Source: Candidatus Obscuribacteraceae bacterium
GTDB lineage: Bacteria > Cyanobacteriota > Vampirovibrionia > Obscuribacterales > Obscuribacteraceae
Assembly (NCBI GenBank): GCA_044226015.1
Contig: JBGAHS010000006.1
Span: forward strand, 224,001-288,000
Reading direction: 5' to 3'
Length of the DNA: 64,000 nt
In this document: positions 10,171-19,925 of the stretch, piece after piece
Layout of the letters: the number at the start of each line of letters is the position of its first letter
Position numbering within the stretch: the first letter of the stretch is position 1
Notes under the pieces: model-generated
What the model saw: only the letters and a program-made list of their open reading frames with translations
The model's database searches: none
What the model was told of the DNA's origin: nothing
Made by a program: the position numbers and the translations under genes

Positions 10171-12180
10171 CTACGACTTCATTCTTGCCAACTCCGAGTT
10201 GATCAAATCCGCATCAGCTTGTTTGCCTACTTCAGTAAGTGCAACAGCGAGTTTCGAAAGTTCTTCTTTTAACTGGTAATTGTAATCGCTGCCTTTACTA
10301 ATGCTGCGTCTTATGGATGCAATGATCTGCTTCCTCAACGTGATTTCGTCTTCTACTTTTCCAGTTCTGCGTGTGATCTCAATCAACTGCGTGAACGCGG
10401 CGGGAAAGGGCTCGGAACTAGCCTCTTGTTGTAAATGCAACACTGCTGTGAACAATTTGGTAGCTTCTGCAATGTTTCCTTTAGATAACATGATTTCAGC
10501 CAGACGAGTTGTTTTGTATTCATCTACTTGTGCGTCAACATTTCTTTCTTTGAGATAAGCGAGTTCTTCATCTACAAGTCCCAGTTTGTTCGCTAAGATA
10601 AAGAGCTTATCTTTGATTCGTCGCTGGCTGGAAGGTTCTTTTGTTAGGGCTAATGCCTTTTCGAGATAGGGCTTGGCTAGTCCGGCACGGTACTCCTCAT
10701 TGCCATTTTGATTTTCTCTAGCACCAAGAGGCGTCCAAGCCAAATTTCCCACTGACATATTGCAATAAGCGCTGTGGGTTTTGGTAATTTCGTCCGCGGC
10801 ACGCTCATTCAAAAATGCAAGAAAAGCGGTGCTCTCATGTTTCTTTTGAGCAAGCGCAATCGCCTCTTCCCAATCATGCGAGACTTGATCGTAGTTATCA
10901 TGAATTGCTGCTAGTGTTGCATGATCAATATACTCTTGTACGGTATGCTGGGTAAGCGCCTGGAAACCGAGATACATGCCAGTTGCAAGAATCGAAACTG
11001 CGGTTGTAGCACGATACCATCGCTGGTGCTTCTTGTAACCTTTTTTGAAATACCTGGCGGCGGAATTTTTAAACCGAATCGGAGCTTGTCGAATTTTGCT
11101 TAGCAATGTGCTCGTCTTCCTTGCACTTCCAATTTTCCTCAACTCAGCCGATAGTGCTTTGAATGACTGCGGACGAAGGCTGGGGTCTTTTTCCAGACAA
11201 GAAAAGATAAGCGCTTCAAGCTCGGGTGGAATGTTGAAGTCAGGGCGAACTCTTCGCATACTTGGAGCCTGCTCTTGCAAGTGCCCCATCAAGATTTCGA
11301 CAGAATTCAACCCAGTAAACGGAAGTGTTCCTGATAGCGCTTCATACATAATGACGCCAAGTGAGTAAATATCCGAACGTTCATCAAGGCGTTGACTCAA
11401 GCATTGTTCAGGACTCATATAAATAGGACTGCCAATGATTTCGCCCAACTGGGTCATGCGTGTAGTAGCGTCACGGCTTGCACGCTGGAAGACTCGCGCA
11501 ATACCGAAATCAACAACCTTCACCAGTTCAGTCTCACCCGAAGAGGAAAGAATGATATTGCTCGGCTTCAAATCCCTGTGAACTACACGCTTCTCATGCG
11601 CATGCTCAAGAGCATCACATACTTGTGCTGTAATTTCTAGTAAGCGATCTACATCAATGAAACCAACATCCATGAGTAATTCTTCGAGGGTCATTCCGTC
11701 GAGAAACTCCATAACGAAGAACGGACGTTTGTCCTCAGTCAGTCCGGAATCATAAATGGGAACAATGTTTGGATGCGTCAAAAGGCTTGTCGTTTTCAAC
11801 TCTTGTTGAAAGCGCTTCACACTCACCGGGTCGCCCGATAGTTCTTTGCGAAGTACTTTCATTGCGTAAAACTGGTCGCCAGCAACGCGCCTTACCTTAT
11901 AAACAATACCCATGCCCCCCTCTCCAAGGGTTTCTATAACCTCATATGATTCTGCCCTTACACAAACTTGCTGATTCTGTTCGTCATGCGTTGATGCCTT
12001 TGCGCTTTTCTCATCGATTTGCTGAGAAAGATGCTCAGAGCTTGTTTTCAAAACAGTTTTGGTTTCCAAATCAACTGACGAAATCAGCTTGTTTTGTGTC
12101 GGTGCTTCTCCAGTTTCTCTGGCATCACTGAGTCGAGGCTCGGCAACTTTGGTGGAAATCTTGCTAGGCATCGTGCGCAT
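10171..12180 (-). CDS. Hanks-type Ser/Thr protein kinase with TM segment and C-terminal TPR-like region
   Basis: LGEGGMG.VY, AMK, HRDLKPSN, DFG, GSP.YMSPE, SDIYSLG intact. Confidence 0.92.
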   Translation of the reverse strand: MRTMPSKISTKVAEPRLSDARETGEAPTQNKLISSVDLETKTVLKTSSEHLSQQIDEKSAKASTHDEQNQQVCVRAESYEVIETLGEGGMGIVYKVRRVAGDQFYAMKVLRKELSGDPVSVKRFQQELKTTSLLTHPNIVPIYDSGLTEDKRPFFVMEFLDGMTLEELLMDVGFIDVDRLLEITAQVCDALEHAHEKRVVHRDLKPSNIILSSSGETELVKVVDFGIARVFQRASRDATTRMTQLGEIIGSPIYMSPEQCLSQRLDERSDIYSLGVIMYEALSGTLPFTGLNSVEILMGHLQEQAPSMRRVRPDFNIPPELEALIFSCLEKDPSLRPQSFKALSAELRKIGSARKTSTLLSKIRQAPIRFKNSAARYFKKGYKKHQRWYRATTAVSILATGMYLGFQALTQHTVQEYIDHATLAAIHDNYDQVSHDWEEAIALAQKKHESTAFLAFLNERAADEITKTHSAYCNMSVGNLAWTPLGARENQNGNEEYRAGLAKPYLEKALALTKEPSSQRRIKDKLFILANKLGLVDEELAYLKERNVDAQVDEYKTTRLAEIMLSKGNIAEATKLFTAVLHLQQEASSEPFPAAFTQLIEITRRTGKVEDEITLRKQIIASIRRSISKGSDYNYQLKEELSKLAVALTEVGKQADADLINSELARMKS

Positions 12181-12594
12181 CTCCCTCTGGCTATGGGCCG
12201 ATCTTAATGCGCGATAGAAAATACGACATCAAACAAAGGTCATTTTGTATGAATGACATTCCGCACAGATCAGTTATCTCTTCTACTTAGTATCATTCTT
12301 CTCCGCCTCCGCGCAAATTCGCCGACAAAGAGTGATTCCTTTGCTGCCGGCATGTGGGGAGATTCGTGTCTAGGAGTTTTGTCTATCTGTGGCTATTAAC
12401 CCAACATCGGATTCTCACTGAGTAGGGAAGATCTCACCGAGTCCAGAGCTGGAAAGCAGATCGCTGGACGAATGCTTCCGCCCAAGCGCTATCAATTGGA
12501 ACTAACAGCAGCTGATGGAGCGGTTCTGGGTGGATTGATTGCTGTATCCTTCAAAACCAATCAAATAGATTAGCAGCATCTAACAATGGAAGGC

Positions 12595-12650
12595 TTGACG
12601 AAGTAGACCGACCGGTCTATTATTGTCCATCAATAGACGACTGGTCTACT
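12595..12650 (+). promoter_or_regulatory. Sigma70-type promoter with overlapping TetR-family (NemR-box-like) operator palindromes
   Basis: TTGACG (12595-12600), 17 bp spacer, TATTAT (12618-12623); palindrome TAGACCGACCGGTCTA at 12604-12619 and a second imperfect copy TAGACGACTGGTCTA at 12634-12648. Confidence 0.8.
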
Positions 12651-12663
12651 GGAGGTCAAGCAA

Positions 12664-12930
12664 ATGAATTGTTTTCCAATCGCTGTGCAATATGGTCAAT
12701 CAGCAAGCGGCATGCAGGACGATATCGATTTCGCAGTTGAAGCCTTCGGCTCAATCTTTGATTCAGCAAGACAGGTTCTTGCAGCAATAACTGGAGGTTC
12801 TCCAAAAACTGAAGCAACCGCTGAATTATCGATACTGGCAGTAACGCAAAATCACTACATAAATCAGCCCAGCCACCGGCTCACTAAATATAATTCCGGT
12901 AATCAAGTGAAGATCAGAGCAATACACTAA
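12664..12930 (+). CDS. Small hypothetical protein, first gene of the oxidoreductase transcript
   Basis: RBS GGAGG before the ATG; directly downstream of the promoter; ends 15 nt before the next gene. Confidence 0.55.
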   Translation: MNCFPIAVQYGQSASGMQDDIDFAVEAFGSIFDSARQVLAAITGGSPKTEATAELSILAVTQNHYINQPSHRLTKYNSGNQVKIRAIH

Positions 12931-12945
12931 AAAGAGGACAGAAAA

Positions 12946-13938
12946 ATGAAAGCATTGGTTGCTACCAAATTGGGAGATACAGATGTACTTGCTTTGCAGG
13001 ACGTCGACAAACCTACCGTTAAAGCGAACGATATCCTCATAGAGGTTGTCGCTACAGCGATGAATCCTGTTGATACCAAAGCCAGGAAGCATGGACTGGG
13101 TGGTATGTTACTGCCACCATTTGTTCTGGGTTTCGATGTAAGTGGTATCGTCAAGGAAGTTGGCGAGAATGCAAAAGGAAAGTTCTCTGTTGGTGAAGAA
13201 GTTTTTGGATTCTTAAACCTATTCCAAAATGGAGCAAACGCAGAGTTCGTCTCAGCAGACTATAGAACAATTGCGAAGAAACCAAAGTCGATTGAACATG
13301 TTCAAGCAGCAGCATTTCCAATTGCGGTGCTAACAGCTTGGGATGGCATCAACGACCGTCTGAATGTTCAGGCTGGTGAAACCGTTCTTATTCACGCAGG
13401 TGGTGGCGGTGTCGGACACTTCGCAATACAGTTAGCCAAATTGCGCGGTGCGCGGGTCATAACTACGGCAAGCTCAGCAGCCTCAATTGAACTAGTGAAG
13501 TCCCTTGGTGCAGACATTGTTATTAACCACAAAGAGAAAGACTTCGTAGCCGAAATCGAATCAATTACTGGTGGCACTGGTGTGCCAGCAATATTTGATT
13601 GCGTCGGCGGAGAAGTCTTCTACCAGTCATTGAAGGCACTTGAAAGTTGTGGAAGAATTGCCACCATTGTTGAAGGTGGTGAGAAGAATCCCAGCGCAGA
13701 CCTGTTCTTCAAAAACGCAACAGTGCACTATGTCTTCATCGGTGCTCCACTCTTGAATAACAAGAATCCAGAAGCGCAAGGAAAGGTCCTCACTGAGGCT
13801 GCAAAATTAGCCGAGCAAGGCAAACTTAAAGCACATGTCAGCCATGTTCTACCGCTGGAAGAGATTGCTGAAGCTCACAAACTTCAGGAATCAGGGAAAG
13901 TAACTGGAAAAATCGGAATCACAGTCAAACAGAAGTAA
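12946..13938 (+). CDS. MDR-superfamily NAD(P)H quinone oxidoreductase / alcohol dehydrogenase-like protein
   Basis: NPVD.K.R, LGFDVSG.V, VLIHAGGGGVGHFAIQLAK, AH...ESG...GKI. Confidence 0.9.
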   Translation: MKALVATKLGDTDVLALQDVDKPTVKANDILIEVVATAMNPVDTKARKHGLGGMLLPPFVLGFDVSGIVKEVGENAKGKFSVGEEVFGFLNLFQNGANAEFVSADYRTIAKKPKSIEHVQAAAFPIAVLTAWDGINDRLNVQAGETVLIHAGGGGVGHFAIQLAKLRGARVITTASSAASIELVKSLGADIVINHKEKDFVAEIESITGGTGVPAIFDCVGGEVFYQSLKALESCGRIATIVEGGEKNPSADLFFKNATVHYVFIGAPLLNNKNPEAQGKVLTEAAKLAEQGKLKAHVSHVLPLEEIAEAHKLQESGKVTGKIGITVKQK

Positions 13939-13962
13939 AACAGCGTAGTACCAAAATCTAGA

Positions 13963-13994
13963 AGAGGCTTGTACCTGTAAAAGTGCAAGCCTCT
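13963..13994. terminator. Stem-loop downstream of the oxidoreductase (terminator or REP-like)
   Basis: AGAGGCTTGTAC-ctgtaaaa-GTGCAAGCCTCT; no clear U-tract. Confidence 0.55.
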
Positions 13995-14389
13995 GTCCTA
14001 TCTAGAAATAGATTCAAGTTCTCTAGCTAAAGCAAATCTGCATCAATGATGGTGCTCATTTGGAAAACGCCAAAGCCGTTTAATCTGCACCGATATTTTG
14101 GTAAATGCTACCTATTTTGTTTGGACGAAATCGCTTATACCCATTGTCTTTTGGTCGTGCCAAGAATTTTGCACGCTTCTTGCACCTTATCTTTGTTAAC
14201 TTAATTTCAGCCGAAAGAACCGTAATCGACGGAATTCTACCGGAGAATTCAAAAATATTGAGTTACTAATTACCTCCCAAATCAGGATTTCAAAAGAGAC
14301 AACCAGGGGTTGTACCTTTGAGCATTCATCGTGGTGGCACCTAAGGTGGTGCCGCTGCTGCACAGTGTTTTTTAGCGGAGTAGAACGAA

Positions 14390-15862
14390 ATGGCAGACGT
14401 TGCTGATGATAAGAAGAAAGTTGATGCGGCTCCAGAAAAGGAATCTTCCCCTGAGTGCCAGGCTTCTGAACGTGCATCCCGTGAGGCGACTGACGAACGG
14501 TCGAACCCGGCTACAAATTGTCAGCAAAATGTTGAGAACTCTAAAAGCCTAGAGACTCAAGGTGCGTTGCCAAAACTATCCTTGCTCCTTGGTGGCAAAG
14601 ACAGTGCTGACAACAAAGATGCTTCTGGAAAAGACAGGTCTGCACAGGACAAATCATCTGATACCACTGCTGTCGGCGACAGTAAAAAAGTAGATAACAA
14701 AGACAAAGGCGACGCTCAAAAGACAGACAAGCCTGGCTCAGAGAAAAGCGGAGATAAGGCAAGCCTGAAGCCAGAGGAACTCAAACCACTCAGCGCAGAG
14801 AAAAAAGCTGAGTTCGATAAATCCTACGCTGATCTCAATGCGAAGATCAAATCTGGTGAACTCAAGGCCAATCCAAAAGGCGTTGAACAGATTTACAAAA
14901 ACGGTGGAGAAGTATATGACGAAGCAAAACTTCAGTGGGCAATAAACCGCCCAGCTGAGGCCGCAGCGCCGAAAGTTTCACCATCCGAAATGCCATTCAC
15001 AGGACCATCTACAGTAAGTGCAGAAGGCTTCAATTCAGTATTGAAAGAACGCGGCTCAAGCTATGCCAACCAACGACAGGATGTAAACGTTCGCAGAGAA
15101 GACGGTTCCATATCGAAAGTGTCGTTGGACATGGGACAACTTGCCAAACTCTACGAGGTTAAGTGGAGAGAGCAGGGTAACATGCAGTTAAACGCGGGTG
15201 CACTTCTTGCACAAAGCGAACACGAGATCAATCTAGCCAATTTGGATAAGCTTGGTTCATTGCCACAAGGACAAGCAGCAAAGGAAAGAACAGAGCAAAC
15301 AAACCAATGGGCTGGAATTAAAACTGGCAAAGGCACCTTCAAGTGCGAAGCTGCTGACCTGAATTGGGGACAAGTAGCCGACAATAAATGGTCGAAGGTG
15401 CTGAGTTCGTCACAATGGGCGGACAAGAAAGAAACACGAGTTTGGGGGAACGCTGGAAACTCCATGTGCGGCTGGTTTGAGCACATCGGCGAAAAATATG
15501 TAGCAAACGGAAAAGATACTGCAGGTAAGATCATTCCACAATATGTAGGTGCAGCTGGAGGCTCACATTACATTCAGGGATTTGCAGACAAGGTGACTAA
15601 ATTCGCTGATTCTTCACGTCCTTCGTTGAAGCTCGTCAGCGATAACAGTGGTGAAAGCAAAGGTGGAAAGCAAGAACAGAAGCAAGAACAAAAACAGGAG
15701 CCAAAGTCAGAACAGAAACCGGAATTGAAGCAAGGGCAAAAGCCAGTACAGAAACAGGAGCAGAAACAGGAAGACAAGGCAGAACAGAAAATTGAACAGC
15801 CAGCGAAAGCACCCCAGAAGCTGTCTGAACAATCCATCAAGGACCCATACGATTTCCATTGA
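14390..15862 (+). CDS. Lys/Glu-rich protein with a glucosaminidase (GH73/lysozyme-like) domain; probably the N-terminal part of a larger frame
   Basis: GPSTVSAE.F..VL..RGS, ALLAQSEHE, NQWAGIK, KY...G..T..KI.PQY resemble GH73-type enzymes; QEQK repeats near the C-terminus; RBS GGAG. Confidence 0.55.
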   Translation: MADVADDKKKVDAAPEKESSPECQASERASREATDERSNPATNCQQNVENSKSLETQGALPKLSLLLGGKDSADNKDASGKDRSAQDKSSDTTAVGDSKKVDNKDKGDAQKTDKPGSEKSGDKASLKPEELKPLSAEKKAEFDKSYADLNAKIKSGELKANPKGVEQIYKNGGEVYDEAKLQWAINRPAEAAAPKVSPSEMPFTGPSTVSAEGFNSVLKERGSSYANQRQDVNVRREDGSISKVSLDMGQLAKLYEVKWREQGNMQLNAGALLAQSEHEINLANLDKLGSLPQGQAAKERTEQTNQWAGIKTGKGTFKCEAADLNWGQVADNKWSKVLSSSQWADKKETRVWGNAGNSMCGWFEHIGEKYVANGKDTAGKIIPQYVGAAGGSHYIQGFADKVTKFADSSRPSLKLVSDNSGESKGGKQEQKQEQKQEPKSEQKPELKQGQKPVQKQEQKQEDKAEQKIEQPAKAPQKLSEQSIKDPYDFH

Positions 15863-15895
15863 GTTAACAAAACCCCAATCAAAGTAGCTGAAACA

Positions 15896-18800
15896 GTGAC
15901 TGAAAAGACCAAAGAAGGTACAACTCCCGCAGGGACCCAAAAAGAGGAATTGGCAAAGCCTGCAGAACAAAACAAAACAACTGAAGTGACTAAGCCAGCA
16001 GAATTGCCAAGACAAACAGAGGCAAAGGATGCTAGCAAGGAACCGTTTACCGAAGTCAAACCAAGTGACGTAGCAAAATTCCTGAACAACGAAAAAGGAA
16101 AAGACCTGCCGCCAATTGCTGAAATTTATGAAAAACAAGCTCTCGCTGAGCTTGGTCCCGACAAAACCCCCACAATCTTTGTCAGCAAAGACGGCAAAGA
16201 CGTTCCCGAAGGGGCGAAGGTCTACAAGTCTATCAATGAAGCTATGAACAAAGCCACTGCGGGTGATGTCATTCAAGTAATGCCGGGAACCTACTCAGAA
16301 CAGGTTCGATTCGATAAAGAGAAATCAAACATAACTCTCCAAACCAGCAGAGAAAATCCCGCAGTTATCAATGGTGGCAGCATAAAAGTCGGAAGCGGCA
16401 CTCATGATATCGCGATCAAGAACTTCGAAGTGAAGAACTTCTCCGGTCAAGGAGCCGGAATAAGAGTAGATGGAAGCGACATCAAGAACATAACTATCGC
16501 GGGCAATAACGTCCACAGCGCCAGCAACGCTGAGGGTATCGCAGTCTACGGTCGCCCAGGAGTGCCTGTAACTAACGTTAATGTGATAGGAAATCGCGTT
16601 CATGATCTAAAGCTGTCTCAGTTGGAAGCACTTCCAATCAATGGCAACGTTGATGGCTTCAAAGTCAAAGGAAATTCAGGCTACAAACTAGATAATCTAT
16701 TCATTGACGTCATCGGTGGTGAAGGAAATGGCGGAAACAAAGACCAGGCTAAAAATGGTGAAATCGCATACAACTTTGCTGACGGCGTAAGTTCAAAGAA
16801 AAATGGATCTTACGGTGATTACTCTGCCGGCGGAATCTACTCTGATGGTGGAGCTAACCTCAAGATCTATGGAAACTACATCCGCAATTCAGACTATGGT
16901 ATTGAAGTAGCGAGTGAACATCGTGGACTCAATTCCACTGGAATTGAAGTCCATGGAAACATCTTCGAGAACAGCAACCTGAGTTGGTTGAAACTTGGCT
17001 ACAAAGGTGGTGTAGAAAATTCAAAAGTAGAAAACAACCTTGTTTTGAAAAACAATCCAAAGAGTGTTGAGGTAGAAGGTCCGGTTAGGAAGCCATCAGA
17101 GATTATTGGAAATAACATCGGTTCAAAAGATCGTGACTCCATTAATTCAATTCCATCGCTGATATTGAACAAGCTACAAGGTGGCGACACAAAGAGCCTG
17201 CCAACACAGCAAAAATCAACAGAAGCACAGGTCGCCCCGATAAAGAAGGCAAGCGAACAAGCAGCGCCCCCCAAGAGCGACATCGCTGCACCTGCTGTAG
17301 AAAAAGAAGCTAAACCGACAAAGCCAGAAACAGAGAAGACAAGCTCAGGCAGCTTCAGCATGCCAGAGAAGCTCGAAAAGATGGCACACCCGACACATGG
17401 TCAAGGCTATTACCAGCCGATGAAGTCCGCTGCCTCCGAAATTCTCGGCAGAAAAATCAGCGAAGGTGAAAACCGCGCACTGATCGCTGCAGCTAGGGCA
17501 ATGCGAAAAGAAGAAGGTAAGTCAATCAATACGCTCGACAAAAATGACTCAGTTCTTCCAACCAATGAAAAGGAACTGCAAACATTTGCAGAGAACATCG
17601 GCAACAAGCGCTTCGGCAAACAAGAACTATCAAATTCACAAATTGAGAAACTCAAGTCTGAATTCAGTCAGAAGCTGAGCGCTTTCCAGTCTGAGAAAAA
17701 AGAAGCACCAGAAGCGGTGCCAGCTCCGACCAAGAAAGAAGAGGGAGCAAAACCAGAAGCAGTTCCAGCACCAATAAAGAAGGAGGAAACCAAGCCAGAA
17801 GCAGTTCCAGCACCAGTAAAGAAGGAAGAAGAGAGAGCAAAGCCTGAAGCTCCAGTAAAGAAGGAGGAAGTAAAACCAGAAGCGGCTCCAGTTCCAGTTC
17901 AAAAGGAGGAAAACAAGCCAGAGCAATTGCCTAAGCCAATACAGCCGGCAGACGACACAACAAAACTGAAAGATAAGCAACCGGTTCTTTCCGAAGAACA
18001 CGGAGAAAAGCTAGAGGTAGGAACGCAATCACAGAACGTAAACATCCTCAAATTAGCCAAGACCGACAACGATTCCGTAAAGGTGCTGACCGACAGAAAA
18101 GTGTTGCAATCCACCACACTTACAGAACCCAGAGGTCTAGCAAAAGATATGCCAGTTGCTGTTGTTCCAGGAATGAAACCAGGAACTGTTGGTATGCTCT
18201 CCATGCGTGATATCGCTGGAAATGAACATCAGGTAGCTTTCGTGGCTGGTGCACTCAAAAACGGAAAGGGCACCAAAGATGATGTCGTCCTCAACCCGAC
18301 CGCAGCCGCAGAACTGGGTATCAAACCAGGTACTCAAGCCAAAATTGATGTTATGTCTATAAAAGATGCTGGTATCGCACTTCCACAAGATAAAGCTGCA
18401 TTGCAGAACATCGTTAATGAAAGACTCAAAGATATTGCATCAAACCCTGAAGTTCTCAAAGCAGCAGAAAAAGCTCTCGAAGGTACTGAGGTAAAAGACA
18501 AGGCTTACTTCCCACAACGCCCGGAAGACCCTAAGTATGGTTACAGAAGAACAGATCGCTCGGCTGATGAATTGGCATCAATTCGCCAGAAGTTCCAGAA
18601 AGACGGAGACACCGCGAGAGCAACAGCAGATGCTCTAAAACCAGAAAGCACCCAAGCTAAAGAAGTGATTCAGAAGATCATACATACGACGGAAACAGAG
18701 AAATCAATTCTCCAACACGATCGCCACCGTATGCTAGAGCTGCACAAAGAGCTCGCAAAAGGTACCGCAGTCAAAGATCTACCAAAGGAACTCTTGACGA

Positions 18801-19900
18801 ATCTGCCACCCGACCTGAAAAATCAGTTAGACAAGGCTGAATACAATCGCAAAGCGGCAGAAGAGAATAAGAAGCTTGCTGATAGAGTTGTCCCAATTTT
18901 TGATTTGTTCGGAACAGAACGCGAGAAGTTCAACAAGGCTGCTGACCTTGCTACCACTTACGCTAAAAGGCAGGAGAAGACCGCCCTTGCGATGGCGGAG
19001 AAATATGCCACCATCGATCAGGACAAAATCGCACTGAAAGATAGAATTCTTGCGGACGCACATCATGAAAAAGCGCAAGAGTTATTGCGCCACCGATATA
19101 GCATGAAGGCATACGCCGCAGACGTTATCGCAGCGAACCCAGACCTGGCTCCTGGAAAAGGTGAAGCAGGAGCATTGCAAGGAAAGCGCGTAGTTCTGAA
19201 TGGTGGACACGACCCGTTCCACGGCAGTCCGTTCACCGGATTTGGTTCCTACCCCTGGAGCAAAACACCGCAGAATCCTAACGGAATGTCCGAATACGAC
19301 TTCAATAAGCAAAGCACGGCAATTGCTGGTGAAATCACACAAATGATGGGCGGAGTGCCAATATACGTTCATCAAGATGAGCTATACAAGACGAAACCAG
19401 CTACACAAAATATGTCTGGTCTAGCGGCTGCCCTTCAAGCACCGAAAGGAGACATAATAATTTCGAACCACATGGACGACGCCACCAACATCAGACCAGG
19501 TACTTTGACCCTCGTGAATGGCAGCAGTGGAAGGCTGGGCTCGCTCATAGACAATGGCAAGGTTATGTTCGGAAATGTTGAGTCCAAGGGTGTAAGACAG
19601 CAAGCCAGGGGAATTCAACACTACCTCAACGGTCCAGCAGTGCTCAATGAATTGCTCAGCACTGCAGCTGGTGACCGTGCGAAAGCGCTCGACCCACACG
19701 AAGTAGCCAAGCTTCAACTTGGTATGATGATCGGAGTCTCGCGCTTCCTCAACCCACCGAGCGCTTCAAGAGTCAAAGCTGAAATGGCTGCCGATAGAAA
19801 AGCGAAAACAAGCTGGGATTCTTTCTGGGGAAACAATGCTCCAAGGAGTTCAGACAAACCATACAGCCTTGCTTATCCTAGACTCTACGGAAAGAACTAA
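15896..19900 (+). CDS. Large protein with a right-handed beta-helix domain, a PEVK-like linker and a C-terminal N-acetylmuramoyl-L-alanine amidase (Amidase_3-like) domain
   Basis: SI.EA...A.AGD.I.V.PGTYSE beta-helix entry followed by GN/N-ladder repeats; C-terminal KRVVLNGGH...E..FN...ISNH.D...PAVLNE Zn-amidase motifs; same frame as the upstream ORF. Confidence 0.7.
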   Translation: MTEKTKEGTTPAGTQKEELAKPAEQNKTTEVTKPAELPRQTEAKDASKEPFTEVKPSDVAKFLNNEKGKDLPPIAEIYEKQALAELGPDKTPTIFVSKDGKDVPEGAKVYKSINEAMNKATAGDVIQVMPGTYSEQVRFDKEKSNITLQTSRENPAVINGGSIKVGSGTHDIAIKNFEVKNFSGQGAGIRVDGSDIKNITIAGNNVHSASNAEGIAVYGRPGVPVTNVNVIGNRVHDLKLSQLEALPINGNVDGFKVKGNSGYKLDNLFIDVIGGEGNGGNKDQAKNGEIAYNFADGVSSKKNGSYGDYSAGGIYSDGGANLKIYGNYIRNSDYGIEVASEHRGLNSTGIEVHGNIFENSNLSWLKLGYKGGVENSKVENNLVLKNNPKSVEVEGPVRKPSEIIGNNIGSKDRDSINSIPSLILNKLQGGDTKSLPTQQKSTEAQVAPIKKASEQAAPPKSDIAAPAVEKEAKPTKPETEKTSSGSFSMPEKLEKMAHPTHGQGYYQPMKSAASEILGRKISEGENRALIAAARAMRKEEGKSINTLDKNDSVLPTNEKELQTFAENIGNKRFGKQELSNSQIEKLKSEFSQKLSAFQSEKKEAPEAVPAPTKKEEGAKPEAVPAPIKKEETKPEAVPAPVKKEEERAKPEAPVKKEEVKPEAAPVPVQKEENKPEQLPKPIQPADDTTKLKDKQPVLSEEHGEKLEVGTQSQNVNILKLAKTDNDSVKVLTDRKVLQSTTLTEPRGLAKDMPVAVVPGMKPGTVGMLSMRDIAGNEHQVAFVAGALKNGKGTKDDVVLNPTAAAELGIKPGTQAKIDVMSIKDAGIALPQDKAALQNIVNERLKDIASNPEVLKAAEKALEGTEVKDKAYFPQRPEDPKYGYRRTDRSADELASIRQKFQKDGDTARATADALKPESTQAKEVIQKIIHTTETEKSILQHDRHRMLELHKELAKGTAVKDLPKELLTNLPPDLKNQLDKAEYNRKAAEENKKLADRVVPIFDLFGTEREKFNKAADLATTYAKRQEKTALAMAEKYATIDQDKIALKDRILADAHHEKAQELLRHRYSMKAYAADVIAANPDLAPGKGEAGALQGKRVVLNGGHDPFHGSPFTGFGSYPWSKTPQNPNGMSEYDFNKQSTAIAGEITQMMGGVPIYVHQDELYKTKPATQNMSGLAAALQAPKGDIIISNHMDDATNIRPGTLTLVNGSSGRLGSLIDNGKVMFGNVESKGVRQQARGIQHYLNGPAVLNELLSTAAGDRAKALDPHEVAKLQLGMMIGVSRFLNPPSASRVKAEMAADRKAKTSWDSFWGNNAPRSSDKPYSLAYPRLYGKN
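17700..17930 (+). repeat. Tandem KPEAVPAP(V/I/T)KKEE coding repeats
   Basis: About five to six imperfect copies visible in DNA (ccagaagcagttccagcacca) and in protein. Confidence 0.85.
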
Positions 19901-19925
19901 TTTAAAAAACTAAGTCCCACTAAAG

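Noticed and set aside
12370..12575. Possible degraded ORF (RBS-like AGGAG, early TAA, then ~55 open codons)
   Set aside because: No recognisable homology; cannot be distinguished from random intergenic sequence
14331..14358. GU-rich hairpin in the 5' region of the 14390 gene as a possible riboswitch
   Set aside because: Single hairpin with no recognisable aptamer consensus
15860..15862. Selenocysteine or genetic-code reassignment of TGA
   Set aside because: Context is a low-complexity linker, not a redox motif; no evident SECIS hairpin; other genes in the window end normally at TGA
15574..16276. Minus-strand Cys/Phe-rich ORFs (CFCSCFCSC)
   Set aside because: Reverse complement of the QEQK repeat codons, not a real Cys-rich peptide
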